Source: Fidelibacterota bacterium
Lineage (GTDB): Bacteria; Fidelibacterota; Marinisomatia; Marinisomatales; TCS56
Direction of reading: 5' to 3'
Assembly (NCBI GenBank): GCA_043822705.1
Contig: JBDRBK010000115.1
Coordinates: 59,800 to 123,799, forward strand
Length of the DNA stretch: 64,000 nt
Position 1 is the first letter of the stretch, and the number at the start of each line of letters is the position of its first letter. The position numbers and the translations under genes were made by a program. Shown piece after piece: positions 49,402-59,494 of the stretch. Below the pieces are notes generated by a model. It did not search any database and had not been told where the DNA came from. It saw only the letters and a program-made list of their open reading frames with translations.

Positions 49402-50490
49402 ATGAAAAGCAGAATTATTATTATCGGTGTTTTCCTGACACTCCTGCTGCTGTCCGGCTGCGGGCGACCGGCGGAACCGTTGACGGTCGGGTTCTGGAAC
49501 GTGGAAAACCTGTTCGACCTGGAGGACGACCCGGCGACGAACGATGAAGAATTTGCCGCCGGTGGCCGAAAGCAGGTTACGGTGGCGATCCTCAAACAGA
49601 AACTGGAGCACCTGTCCGAAGTACTTAGCGATCTGGATGCGGACGTGGTCGGACTGGTAGAAGTGGAGAACCGGGCGGTGCTGGAAATGCTGAACCGGCA
49701 ATTCCCCGGCCGCGATTATTCGATTGTGCATTACGATTCACCGGACGAGCGCGGCATCGACTGCGCCCTGCTGTACGATGCCCAACGCTTCCGGGTGCTG
49801 TCATCGGAGCCGATACCGGTGGATTTGGGAAGTGCCGGTCCCACCCGCGATATTCTGTATATTATCGGCAAATACGCCGGTAAAAAGCTGCATCTGTTCG
49901 TCAACCACTGGCCGTCGCACTACGGCGGAACCGAAGCGACGATACCCCTGCGCGCCAAGGCCGCCCGCACCCTGCGGACCCGCGTGGACCAGATTCTGGC
50001 AAAGGATCATACGGCTGAAATCCTGATTATGGGGGACCTGAACGATGGACCCACCGATCCTTCGGTCCATGCCCATCTGGGGGCGGTCCTGAACAGACCT
50101 GATCCGACCGCCGGGACTACGCGCAAGGAACCCTGCAGCGAAGAACAAAGATTAGCCTGCGGCGGGTGCGACGGCGAAGGACACGGGTTGGAATCGGAAC
50201 GGGTTTTACTGTGGAACCTGATGGCACCATTCGAAGGCAAAGTCAACGGCACCACCTACAAGTACCGCGGCCGTGATGCCAACCTCGATCAGATGATTGT
50301 CAGTCCCGGTTTGGCTGATGACCGGGGATTGCGGATCGTCGAAAATTCACTGGCGATCATGGATAAACCGAAATACCGCCAGCAGGGGGGTGAGTACCGG
50401 GGGTATCCATACCGTTTCTGGGCCGGCGACCGGCTGCTGGGCGGTTACTCCGATCATCTGGCGCTGCGGGTGCTGATCGAACGTCAATAA
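49402..50490 (+). CDS. Endonuclease/exonuclease/phosphatase-family lipoprotein
   Basis: Lipobox LSGC; FWNVENLFD, EVEN, DSPDERGIDCALLY, NHWPS, GDLND, GYSDH. Confidence 0.9.
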   Translation: MKSRIIIIGVFLTLLLLSGCGRPAEPLTVGFWNVENLFDLEDDPATNDEEFAAGGRKQVTVAILKQKLEHLSEVLSDLDADVVGLVEVENRAVLEMLNRQFPGRDYSIVHYDSPDERGIDCALLYDAQRFRVLSSEPIPVDLGSAGPTRDILYIIGKYAGKKLHLFVNHWPSHYGGTEATIPLRAKAARTLRTRVDQILAKDHTAEILIMGDLNDGPTDPSVHAHLGAVLNRPDPTAGTTRKEPCSEEQRLACGGCDGEGHGLESERVLLWNLMAPFEGKVNGTTYKYRGRDANLDQMIVSPGLADDRGLRIVENSLAIMDKPKYRQQGGEYRGYPYRFWAGDRLLGGYSDHLALRVLIERQ

Positions 50491-50546
50491 TCTGTAACCT
50501 GCCGGTCAAATTTGCCTCGAACTGTTATCAGCAAGGGAATGAGACG

Positions 50547-51386
50547 ATGATGCGAACAAATATTTTACTGGCAACCATAATTATCCTGGCGGGGTTGACG
50601 GCCCAGCCGGCAGCGACCGCTTGGGATAAGCAACTGGCGGGTAATCTGAACCTGACCCAGAACAGCTTTGATAACTGGACCGGCGGCGGCGAAGATGCCT
50701 GGAGCTGGCAGGTGGATGTGAATGGTTCCGCCCGCTATGAGAACGAAAACCTGAAAATGAACAACAGCGGTAAATTTTCCTACGGCAAGACCCGCGTTGG
50801 CGACTATTCCGCCCGTAAATCCGCCGACGAAATCCGGTTGGAGAGTGTATTGTCGCTTAAAAAAGGTGTTGCCGTCAATCCCTATGTTGCCGTCACCGGA
50901 TTGACCCAGTATTCGGCGGGCTATTCCTATCCGGGCGATACGGCCAGGATTGAGGTGTCGAATTTTTTCGACCCGGCCTATTTCACCCAGAGCATCGGCA
51001 TCGGCTTCGCGCCGAATGAGATGTTGTCCACTCGTATGGGGGCCTCGCTGAAGGAAACGATCACCAGCGACCATCCTGTACCCTACGCCGATGACCCGGA
51101 GACGGCTGCACCGGAAAATTTCAAGTTCGAGTTCGGTGCCGAGGTGGTGACGGATTACCGGCGGAATTTTAGTGAAAATCTTCAACTGCTTTCCAAACTG
51201 GAGTTATTCTCTAATCTGCGGGCCGTGGATCAGGTTGACGTCAATTGGGATACGACGATTACAGCCAAAGTAGCAAAATCTGTGAGCACCAATTTCAATT
51301 TCCGCTTGTTTTACGACAGTGATGTATCCCCCCGCCGCCAACTGAAACAAACTCTGGCGCTGGGAATCTCCTACATTATCATCTGA
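50547..51386 (+). CDS. DUF3078-family outer-membrane protein
   Basis: NLTQNSFDNWTGGGE, RKSADEI, SNFFDPAY, DVNWD, QLKQTLALGISY. Confidence 0.85.
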   Translation: MMRTNILLATIIILAGLTAQPAATAWDKQLAGNLNLTQNSFDNWTGGGEDAWSWQVDVNGSARYENENLKMNNSGKFSYGKTRVGDYSARKSADEIRLESVLSLKKGVAVNPYVAVTGLTQYSAGYSYPGDTARIEVSNFFDPAYFTQSIGIGFAPNEMLSTRMGASLKETITSDHPVPYADDPETAAPENFKFEFGAEVVTDYRRNFSENLQLLSKLELFSNLRAVDQVDVNWDTTITAKVAKSVSTNFNFRLFYDSDVSPRRQLKQTLALGISYIII

Positions 51387-51504
51387 TTAGAACGTCCGCC
51401 ACCGGATTAGGCCCTGATTCATTTCGGGTCTTTTTTATTTACTGGCAGGGAATTTGTAACGGATCAGTCATGTCAGATCAACATCTACAGACAGCCCGTC
51501 CGGA

Positions 51505-52746
51505 ATGAAACGAAGAATCCGCTATCCGGAATATTTTGCCGATTTTGCCTGTGTCGGTGGTGCCTGTGAGGACTCCTGCTGCAATCAGTGGCGGATTTAC
51601 CTGGACCAGGACACCTTTGAAAACTATAGCCGGATCGAAGAGACGGAGCTGCGCCGGCTCCTGGATGAATATGTGGAGTCGAACCGCTCCAGCCAAAGTG
51701 AAGCCCGCTACGGCACGATCCGTTTGACGGCCGACCGCCGCTGCCCGTTCCTGACGCCCGATTGTTTGTGTATTCTGCAGCAGCGCCGGGGAGTAGCGGC
51801 CCTGTCCCAGACCTGCCTGACTTACCCGCGGGTGTTCAACAGCGTGAACAATATTTTGGAGGGCGCTGCGGAAATTTCCTGCCCCGAAGCGGCCCGGCAG
51901 GTGCTGCTGAATCCTGCCGGTATCCGGCTTATTGAAGGTGAACTGGACCTTGATCAGCGCTTTGCCCTGAACAATGCCGTCAATTCGGTCGGAAGCGCGG
52001 CGCAATTCGCGCTGGCCCGGTATTTTCAGGAGGTCCGGGATTTTGCCATCGACCTGGTGCAGGACCGGCGGATTTCCCTATCGGACCGGCTTACCCTGCT
52101 GGGTATGGTCAGCAGTAAAATACAGGCGTCGATTGACAGCGGGGAAGGGCCGGCGATTCCGGCCATACTGGAAGAATACGTGCAGTTGCGGCTCCAGCCG
52201 GGCTTATCCGATGAGCTGGCGCGGATACCGGTCAACGCTACCCGCCAGCTCACACTGCTGAAAGCGCTGCTTGATGAAAAAAATGCCCGCGGCACCAATA
52301 TCGCCGCCTTCCGGGAATGCCACGAGCAGTTCCTCGGCGGCTTGGGTTTCAATCGCGATCTGTCACCGGACCAAATCGTTGACTGCTACCATACCAATTA
52401 CGGCCGATATTTTGTTCCCTTTATGACGGAAAAAGAGTACATCCTGGAAAATTACTGCGTCAATTACCTGTTCCGTTACCAGTTCCCGATATTCGAGAAA
52501 AATGACTATCAGAATATCTTTAAGGCGGCTGTGCGGCTGCTGCTCAATTATGCCTTGTTGAAGCTGTACCTGATCGGTCTGGGCGGCTTTCACGGCGGAC
52601 TGACTGACGAACTGGCCGTCAAATGGACCTACAGTTTCGGCAAGGCGGTGGAGCATGACAGCGGTTTCATGACCGACATGATCGATTTTATGGAACACAA
52701 CGGCCTCATGACACTGGCACATTTAACGGTGCTGATCCGGAATTAG
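51505..52746 (+). CDS. FliB-family (flagellin lysine-N-methylase-like) Fe-S/Cys-cluster protein
   Basis: FACVGGACEDSCC..W.I.LD, CPFL...CLC.LQ, TCLTYPR, SCPEAAR, LENYCVN, KAVEHD. Confidence 0.85.
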   Translation: MKRRIRYPEYFADFACVGGACEDSCCNQWRIYLDQDTFENYSRIEETELRRLLDEYVESNRSSQSEARYGTIRLTADRRCPFLTPDCLCILQQRRGVAALSQTCLTYPRVFNSVNNILEGAAEISCPEAARQVLLNPAGIRLIEGELDLDQRFALNNAVNSVGSAAQFALARYFQEVRDFAIDLVQDRRISLSDRLTLLGMVSSKIQASIDSGEGPAIPAILEEYVQLRLQPGLSDELARIPVNATRQLTLLKALLDEKNARGTNIAAFRECHEQFLGGLGFNRDLSPDQIVDCYHTNYGRYFVPFMTEKEYILENYCVNYLFRYQFPIFEKNDYQNIFKAAVRLLLNYALLKLYLIGLGGFHGGLTDELAVKWTYSFGKAVEHDSGFMTDMIDFMEHNGLMTLAHLTVLIRN

Positions 52747-52898
52747 ATTGGGCCAGTAAGGAAAAAGTATCAATATGGCGCTGCAGTGGCAATACTGCGA
52801 CCAAATATCAGTTATACTTATTTAGTACGTTTACTACTTGAATCCGGCATTTTTACTAATCGGAATCCTGTCTGAAATTCGTAATTTTTCGAAGATTG

Positions 52899-53840
52899 AT
52901 GCAGGAAAAAATTCCCATTCTGGTCATTGCCGGCCCCACAGGGGTCGGGAAAACCGCTGTGACGATCGCTTTAGCTCAGCGGATCGACGGCGAAATTATC
53001 GGTCTGGACTCCCGCCAGATCTACGCCGGGATGGCAATCGGTACGGCGCAACCGACAATGGCCGATCAGGCCGCCGTGCCGCACCACCTGATTGGCTTTC
53101 GCTCACCAGATCAGAAAATAACCGCCGGCGAATACGCCGAGCTGGTCCGGGCGGTGATCGAGGATATCCGCTGGCGGCGGCGGCAACCGCTGATCTGCGG
53201 CGGGGCCGGGCTCTATTACCGGGCGATTAATCAGGGAATATTCAGTGCCAGCAATAGCGATCCGGTCGTACGTGAACGCCTGGAAGCTGAATACGCAGCC
53301 GATCCGGATTCGTTATTTAAGCGTCTGCGGGAAGTGGATGCGGAATACGCCCTGAAAGTCCACGTAAATAACCGTAAACGCCTGGTCCGGGCGCTGGAAA
53401 TCTATGAGTTCACCGGCCTGTCGCCCAGCGAACATTTCCGCCGGCAGCCCGAAAAGAAATATCCCTATGATTTATTCACCGTTTTATTGACCAGAACCAG
53501 CGAAGAACTGGAATCCCGCATCCGGTTGCGCACCGGACTGATGCTGAATAACGGTTGGATCAAAGAAACTAGGACGCTGCTGCGATACCGGGAAAAAGGG
53601 CATTTTCATGCCCTTGATTCAATCGGTTACCGGGAAATAATGGCGCACCTGGAGGGTAAGCTCAGCTATGATGAAATGGTGAGTCTGATCGTGCTGCGAA
53701 CCCGCCAGTACGCCAAGCGGCAACTGACCTGGTTTCGCAAGGAAAATCCTGATTTAACGATCAATCTGACGAACAGTTTGTCGTCAGTTTCGGTAACGGA
53801 GGAAATACTGGAACAGTGGCTGCTGTTCCGTAGCGGATAG
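52899..53840 (+). CDS. miaA: tRNA dimethylallyltransferase
   Basis: GPTGVGKT, DSRQIY, PHHLI, GGAGLY, RLVRALE, IGYRE, TRQYAKRQLTWF. Confidence 0.97.
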   Translation: MQEKIPILVIAGPTGVGKTAVTIALAQRIDGEIIGLDSRQIYAGMAIGTAQPTMADQAAVPHHLIGFRSPDQKITAGEYAELVRAVIEDIRWRRRQPLICGGAGLYYRAINQGIFSASNSDPVVRERLEAEYAADPDSLFKRLREVDAEYALKVHVNNRKRLVRALEIYEFTGLSPSEHFRRQPEKKYPYDLFTVLLTRTSEELESRIRLRTGLMLNNGWIKETRTLLRYREKGHFHALDSIGYREIMAHLEGKLSYDEMVSLIVLRTRQYAKRQLTWFRKENPDLTINLTNSLSSVSVTEEILEQWLLFRSG

Positions 53841-53930
53841 TTCAAATAGCTGGCCGACCGGGGAATGTTTCCGACCGGCTTTATTGTTCTGCATATTCAA
53901 GATAATTCCTTAAATTCGTCCGACAATTAA

Positions 53931-54024
53931 CCCTTTAATCCAATCCGGTGAGATGGAAAGGGCAGATACTGAGCCTCCGGTCAGTCCGACCTCTGCGGTC
54001 GGGATTCTGCCCGGAGGTTTTTTT
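53931..54024 (+). promoter_or_regulatory. PyrR-binding site with transcription attenuator
   Basis: Binding hairpin CCCTTTAA-TCCA-ATCCGGTGAGA-TGGA-AAGGG (53931-53962). Terminator AGCCTCCGG...CCGGAGGTTTTTTT (53972-54024). Antiterminator pairing GGGCAGA (53960-53966) with TCTGCCC (54006-54012). Confidence 0.88.
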
Positions 54025-54041
54025 ATGCGAAAGGACCGAAA

Positions 54042-54593
54042 ATGACTATAGATCAACGGGTGGTAATGACCACCGCCGATATCAAACGTTCCCTGACCCG
54101 TCTGGCATTTGAAATTGTGGAAAGGAATCCACAGATTGAAAAACTGGTAATGGTGGGAATCCAATCCCGCGGGGAACCGCTTTCCCGGCGCCTGCACGGA
54201 TTGCTGCTCAAGCAGAATGATTGGGACCTGCCGATCGGGTCGTTGGATATTACTTTTCATCGTGACGATTTCCGCACCCGGCTGGTGGTGCCGCAGGTCA
54301 AGGCCACCGATATTTCGTTTTCTATTGACGGTAAAACGGTGATCCTGGTGGATGACGTACTGTACACTGGGCGCACGGTCAGGGCGGCTCTGGATACCCT
54401 GGTATCATTCGGTCGTCCGGCGGCGGTGCAGTTGGCCGTTCTGGTGGATCGCGGCCACCGCGAGATGCCCATCAAGGCCGACTATGTGGGTAAGAATATT
54501 CCTACGCATGAGGGTGAGCATGTCGCCGTTCGTCTGAAGGAAATCGACGGTGAAGACGGTGTTTTGCTAACCAGCTACAAGGAAGCCCAATAA
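54042..54593 (+). CDS. pyrR: Pyrimidine attenuation regulator / uracil phosphoribosyltransferase
   Basis: RLAFEIVE, LDITFHRDD, LVDDVLYTGRT, DRGHREMPI.ADYVG. Confidence 0.97.
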   Translation: MTIDQRVVMTTADIKRSLTRLAFEIVERNPQIEKLVMVGIQSRGEPLSRRLHGLLLKQNDWDLPIGSLDITFHRDDFRTRLVVPQVKATDISFSIDGKTVILVDDVLYTGRTVRAALDTLVSFGRPAAVQLAVLVDRGHREMPIKADYVGKNIPTHEGEHVAVRLKEIDGEDGVLLTSYKEAQ

Positions 54594-55537
54594 TGCTGCA
54601 AAATCGCCATTTGCTGGGTCTGGAAGGATATCCCCGGCAGGATATCCAAACCATTCTGGATACTGCCTTCCGCTTCCGTGAAGTGCTGGATCGGCCGGTG
54701 AAGAAGGTCCCGGCCCTGCAAGGGCAGACCATTATCAATCTTTTTTTCGAGAATTCCACCCGTACGCGGATCAGCTTCGAGTTGGCCCAGAAACGTCTCA
54801 GCGCCGACACGGTGAATTTTTCGGCCTCCGGCTCGAGTCTGAAAAAAGGTGAGACGTTCAAAGATACGGCCCAGAACATCGAGGCGATGAAGATCGATGC
54901 CGTCGTCATGCGCCACCCGGCGCCGGGAGCCCCCTGGCACCTGACCAAATTCGTGGATGCCATCATTATCAACGCCGGTGACGGCACCCACGAACATCCG
55001 ACCCAGGCTATCCTGGATATGATGAGTATCCAGGAACGATTCGGCCGGATTGCCGGCCTGAAGATCGGAATTATCGGCGATATTCTGCACAGCCGGGTGG
55101 CATTGAGCAATATCTACGGACTGATTACCATGGGCGCCGAAGTCACGCTCTGCGGTCCGGCCAACCTGATTCCGCCGTTCGTTACGGACTTGGGTGTCAA
55201 GGTCAATTACCGGGTCGATGAAGTACTGGAATGGGCGGATGCTGTCAATATTCTGCGGATTCAACGGGAAAGGATGGGCATCGGCCTGATCCCTTCGGTG
55301 CGGGAATACCGCAGCCTGTTCGGTATCACTACCGAACGACTGGCCCGCCACCGTAAGGAAATCGTGATCATGCATCCCGGTCCGATGAACCGCGGCGTCG
55401 AAATCGACAGCGGTGTCGCCGATAGCGACCAGGCCATTATCCTCGATCAGGTACTCAATGGCGTCGCCTCGCGGATGGCGATTCTGTACCTGCTGCTAGG
55501 CGGCCAATTCGAAAAATCTGACAAACCGAAAATTTAA
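54593..55537 (+). CDS. pyrB: Aspartate carbamoyltransferase catalytic subunit
   Basis: FFENSTRTRISFE, NAGDGTHEHPTQ, GDILHSRV, HPGPMNRGVEI. Confidence 0.98.
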   Translation: MLQNRHLLGLEGYPRQDIQTILDTAFRFREVLDRPVKKVPALQGQTIINLFFENSTRTRISFELAQKRLSADTVNFSASGSSLKKGETFKDTAQNIEAMKIDAVVMRHPAPGAPWHLTKFVDAIIINAGDGTHEHPTQAILDMMSIQERFGRIAGLKIGIIGDILHSRVALSNIYGLITMGAEVTLCGPANLIPPFVTDLGVKVNYRVDEVLEWADAVNILRIQRERMGIGLIPSVREYRSLFGITTERLARHRKEIVIMHPGPMNRGVEIDSGVADSDQAIILDQVLNGVASRMAILYLLLGGQFEKSDKPKI

Positions 55538-55555
55538 TCAGGAAAGAAGCAAAGG

Positions 55556-56845
55556 ATGGAAATCAGACAATTACCGACCCGGCTGCTGTTGCAGCACGGC
55601 ACCATCATCGATCCCTGGGCGTCACGCTCTTATCCGGCGGACTTATTGATCGTCGACGGCAAGATTGAACGGATCGGCCGGATTGAAGTAGAACCGGATT
55701 TCAGCATGATCGATTGTACAAGGCTCATGATCACGGCCGGTTTCTGCGATCTGCATGTTCACTTCCGGGAGCCCGGCCGGGAAGACAAGGAAACGATCGC
55801 CAGCGGCAGTCGCGCCGCCCTGGCCGGCGGTTTCACCCGCGTCTGCACCATGCCGAATACCAATCCGCCGATCGATACACCGGAAGCGGTGCGCAATATT
55901 ATTGAGAAGGCCGCCGATCTGCCGGTGCATATTCACCCGATCGGGGCCATCACCCAGGGACAGCAGGGGACCGCATTGGCGGAAATGGGCGGCATGTTCG
56001 AGCAGGGAGCAGTAGCTTTCAGCGATGATGGCGTACCGCTGGCAAACGGCAGCGTCCTGCGAATGGCGCTCGAGTATGCCGGCATGTTCGATGTACCGGT
56101 GATTAATCACGCCGAAGATGTGGACTTGCGCGGCGACGGTCTGATGAATGAAGGTCATGTATCAACACGTTTGGGATTGGCCGGCAATCCGGCTTTGGCC
56201 GAGGAAGTCATGGTCCATCGTGATCTGGAACTGGCTGTTTTGACGGGAGCGCGGCTGCATGTGCCCCATGTTTCCACCAAAGGCGCCGCCCGCCTGATCC
56301 GGAATTTGAAAGCGAAATCCGACCGGATCACCGCCGAGGTCACTCCTCACCACCTGTTTTTCAATGACGAGGCGCTGCTGTCATTTGATACCAATCTGAA
56401 GGTAGCACCGCCGATCCGCAGTGAAGCGGACCGCCGGGAACTGATTCAGGCAGTCGGTGATGGCGTTTTCGATTGCATCGCCACCGATCATGCGCCGCAT
56501 ACGATCGAGGAGAAGGAAGGTACTTTCGATAACGCGCCTTTCGGGATGATCGGACTGGAAAGCTGTTTCGGGGCCGTCAACCGGATTCTGGTGAAAGAAG
56601 CCGGACTGGCGCTGGAAACACTGGTGGCATTGTTGACTACCGGTCCCCGGCGCGTCATGGGCTTCGAGCAGGACCTGCTGAAATCAGGCCGGGAAGCCGA
56701 GCTGGTGGTTTTTGACCCGGATCTGGAATATGTGTTTGCCAAAACGGATATCCAGTCCAAGTCCGCCAATTCACCTTATCTTGGTCAGAAACTGGTCGGC
56801 AAAGTACGGTACACGATCAGTCGCGGCCGGATCGCCGAAATCTGA
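55556..56845 (+). CDS. pyrC: Dihydroorotase
   Basis: DLHVHFREPG, MPNTNP, FSDDG, AEVTPHH, ATDHAPH. Confidence 0.96.
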   Translation: MEIRQLPTRLLLQHGTIIDPWASRSYPADLLIVDGKIERIGRIEVEPDFSMIDCTRLMITAGFCDLHVHFREPGREDKETIASGSRAALAGGFTRVCTMPNTNPPIDTPEAVRNIIEKAADLPVHIHPIGAITQGQQGTALAEMGGMFEQGAVAFSDDGVPLANGSVLRMALEYAGMFDVPVINHAEDVDLRGDGLMNEGHVSTRLGLAGNPALAEEVMVHRDLELAVLTGARLHVPHVSTKGAARLIRNLKAKSDRITAEVTPHHLFFNDEALLSFDTNLKVAPPIRSEADRRELIQAVGDGVFDCIATDHAPHTIEEKEGTFDNAPFGMIGLESCFGAVNRILVKEAGLALETLVALLTTGPRRVMGFEQDLLKSGREAELVVFDPDLEYVFAKTDIQSKSANSPYLGQKLVGKVRYTISRGRIAEI

Positions 56846-56975
56846 CGTGATGATATTCGGCTTAGCGGCAGTATCAGGCATAATATTCTGCTTTAGATAA
56901 AGTAATTCAAGAATATCAGTTGCCTCAATAATTAAATAAATTCTATTTTCAGCAGCTATTTTCGAAGTGAATAAA

Positions 56976-57404
56976 ATGAAAACAAAGACTATTTCAGCAT
57001 ACGATATTGACAAACAGTGGTTTGTGGCCGATGCCGACGGGAAAACTCTGGGGCGTTTCGCCAGTGCGATTGCGCAGATTCTGCGGGGCAAGCATAAACC
57101 TAATTTCAGTCCTAATATGGATATGGGCGACTTTGTCGTCGTGGTCAACGCCGAAAAGGTACGGGTCACGGGCAACAAGGAGAGCGAGAAAACCTATTTC
57201 CGGCATTCCGGTTATCCCGGTGGTGTCACGGTAATGGATTTGCAGCAGGTTCGTCGTTCACATCCGGAACGGATCATCATGAATGCCGTGAAGGGCATGC
57301 TGCCGCATAACCGCCTGGGACGTCAGATATTGCGTCACCTGAAGGTTTATGCCGGTGCGGAACATCCTCATACGGCGCAAACACCAAAAGTGTTGGAAAT
57401 CTAA
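56976..57404 (+). CDS. rplM: 50S ribosomal protein L13
   Basis: [39 protein letters not shown]. Confidence 0.99.
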   Translation: MKTKTISAYDIDKQWFVADADGKTLGRFASAIAQILRGKHKPNFSPNMDMGDFVVVVNAEKVRVTGNKESEKTYFRHSGYPGGVTVMDLQQVRRSHPERIIMNAVKGMLPHNRLGRQILRHLKVYAGAEHPHTAQTPKVLEI

Positions 57405-57797
57405 ATGACAAAAGCAGTATATCTCGGGACCGGCCGGCGCAAGCGTGCGGTCGCACGGGTCTATCTGACCCCCGGTAAAGGGGAGATCATTGTAAACGGA
57501 CGTCCCTACCAGGAATATCTCCGTCGTGATACGGTCAGCACCTTAGTGATGGAGCCGCTGAAGGCGGTCGAGGAGACCGGGTCCTATGATGTGTCGGTAA
57601 ATGTGGCAGGTGGCGGTCTCACCGGTCAGGCTGGCGCGATCCGTTTAGGGATTGCCCGCGCTTTGGAGCAGGTCAACGGCGATTTTCGCCCGATCCTGAA
57701 AAAAGCCGGTTTATTAACTCGTGATTCGCGGCAGGTTGAGCGTAAAAAATACGGCCAGCCCGGTGCACGTAAACATTTCCAATTCTCAAAGCGATAA
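57405..57797 (+). CDS. rpsI: 30S ribosomal protein S9
   Basis: [28 protein letters not shown]. Confidence 0.99.
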   Translation: MTKAVYLGTGRRKRAVARVYLTPGKGEIIVNGRPYQEYLRRDTVSTLVMEPLKAVEETGSYDVSVNVAGGGLTGQAGAIRLGIARALEQVNGDFRPILKKAGLLTRDSRQVERKKYGQPGARKHFQFSKR

Positions 57798-57803
57798 GGT
57801 TTT

Positions 57804-58859
57804 ATGGCTGGATTAAATTTCGAAGACTTATTGAGCACCGGCGCTCATTTCGGGCATGTTACCCGGAAATGGCACCCGCGCTTCAAACCATATATTCTGA
57901 TGGAAAAAAACGGTATCCACATTATCAATCTTGAGGAGACCATTGAACAATTCGCGAAAGCGGCCAATTTCATCAAGACCGTCGTTGATCGTGGTGGCGA
58001 GGTGCTGTTCGTCGGTACCAAGAAACAGGCTCAGGAAATCGTCCAGCAGGAAGCGGACCGCTGCGGTATGTTTTACGTGGTGGAGCGCTGGCTGGGTGGC
58101 ACCCTGACTAATTTCATGACGATCAAGAAGAGCATCAAGCGGCTGCAGTTGCTGGAAAAAGAAGGTTCCGGCGTTTATGAGAGCCTCACCAAAAAAGAGA
58201 TCCAGATGCTTAACCGGGAGCGAATCAAGCTGGCTGATCAGCATCGCGGCATCAAGGATATGCGTCGCCTGCCCGACGCCCTGATCATCGTCGATACCGA
58301 TTATGAGTCGACCGCCGTGGCCGAAGCGCATCGGCTGGAGATTCCGGTCGTCGGGTTACTGGATTCAAATACCGATCCGACCCTGGTGGATTATCCGATC
58401 CCGGCCAACGATGATTCGATCCGTACGATCCAGTTGATCATTTCCAGTATCGCCGAAGTCATCATCGAATCCAAAAAAGCCAAGATTCAGTCCGAAGCCA
58501 GACCGGTGGAAAAGAAAACGGAAATCGGCAGTCCGGTACCGGAAGCGGTTACCGTTGCGATTGACATATCCGGCGAAAGCGAAACAGCGCCGGAAGTCGC
58601 CAAAGCCCTTGATTCAGCGGTAGAGAAGGTCGAACCGGTCATAGCCAAAGTGGAAGAAAAAAGTGAACCGGTCATAGCCAAAGCGGAAGAAAAAAGTGAA
58701 CCGGCCGCAGCCAAAGCGGAAGCAGTGGTTAAGAAAAAACCGGTCAAAACAATCTCTGCCAAAACCAAAAAAACTCCAGTAAAACCAAAGTTGATCGTGG
58801 ATGCCGACGGGGATGAAAAAGAGCCTGTTGAATTCGACACCGAGGATCCGAAAGAATAG
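57804..58859 (+). CDS. rpsB: 30S ribosomal protein S2 with a long charged C-terminal extension
   Basis: GAHFGH, LFVGTKKQA, RWLGGTLTN, IPANDD. Confidence 0.98.
   Translation: MAGLNFEDLLSTGAHFGHVTRKWHPRFKPYILMEKNGIHIINLEETIEQFAKAANFIKTVVDRGGEVLFVGTKKQAQEIVQQEADRCGMFYVVERWLGGTLTNFMTIKKSIKRLQLLEKEGSGVYESLTKKEIQMLNRERIKLADQHRGIKDMRRLPDALIIVDTDYESTAVAEAHRLEIPVVGLLDSNTDPTLVDYPIPANDDSIRTIQLIISSIAEVIIESKKAKIQSEARPVEKKTEIGSPVPEAVTVAIDISGESETAPEVAKALDSAVEKVEPVIAKVEEKSEPVIAKAEEKSEPAAAKAEAVVKKKPVKTISAKTKKTPVKPKLIVDADGDEKEPVEFDTEDPKE
58632..58722 (+). repeat. 33-bp coding tandem repeat (EPVIAKVEEKS, ~2.7 copies) in the rpsB tail
   Basis: GAACCGGTCATAGCCAAAG.GGAAGAAAAAAGT at 58632 and 58665, with a diverged partial copy at 58698. 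Confidence 0.9.
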
Positions 58860-58870
58860 AATACAGACCG

Positions 58871-59479
58871 ATGAATATTGATGCAAAACAAGTAAAAGAA
58901 TTACGCGAAAAAACCGGCGCCGGCATGATGGACTGCAAGCGTGCGCTGACTGAAGCTAATGGTGATATCGAAAAAGCGATCGAGAATCTGCGCAAATCTG
59001 GTATCGCCAAGGCCGAAAAGAAAGGTGTCCGAGTCGCCCAGGATGGTTTGGTATATGCCTACATTCATCCCGGCGGACGACTGGGTGTTTTGCTGGAAAT
59101 TAGTTGCGAGACCGATTTCGTCGCCAAGACCGATGATTTTATAGCATTGTCCAAGGATATAGCGATGCAGATCGCCGCCACCAATCCCACGTCGATTGAC
59201 CGGGATGGGATCAGCGCGGAAATGATCGCCCGTGAAAAAGATATTTTCATGGCACAGGCGGAGAATTCCGGTAAACCGGCCAACATACTGGAAAAAATTG
59301 TCATTGGTCGCATGGATAAATTCTATCAGGAAAATTGTCTGCTGGAACAAGTCTTTATCAAAGATCCGGAGAAAAAAGTATCCGATCTGGTGACTGCCAC
59401 GATTGCCAAACTGGGTGAAAAAATAGAAATCAATCGGTTTACGCGTTTCGAGATTGGTGAAGCCGGTAACGGCAAGTAA
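58871..59479 (+). CDS. tsf: Elongation factor Ts (short form)
   Basis: LREKTGAGMMDCKRAL, CETDFVA, LLEQVFIKD. Confidence 0.98.
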   Translation: MNIDAKQVKELREKTGAGMMDCKRALTEANGDIEKAIENLRKSGIAKAEKKGVRVAQDGLVYAYIHPGGRLGVLLEISCETDFVAKTDDFIALSKDIAMQIAATNPTSIDRDGISAEMIAREKDIFMAQAENSGKPANILEKIVIGRMDKFYQENCLLEQVFIKDPEKKVSDLVTATIAKLGEKIEINRFTRFEIGEAGNGK

Positions 59480-59494
59480 TATTAGTATCTAAAT

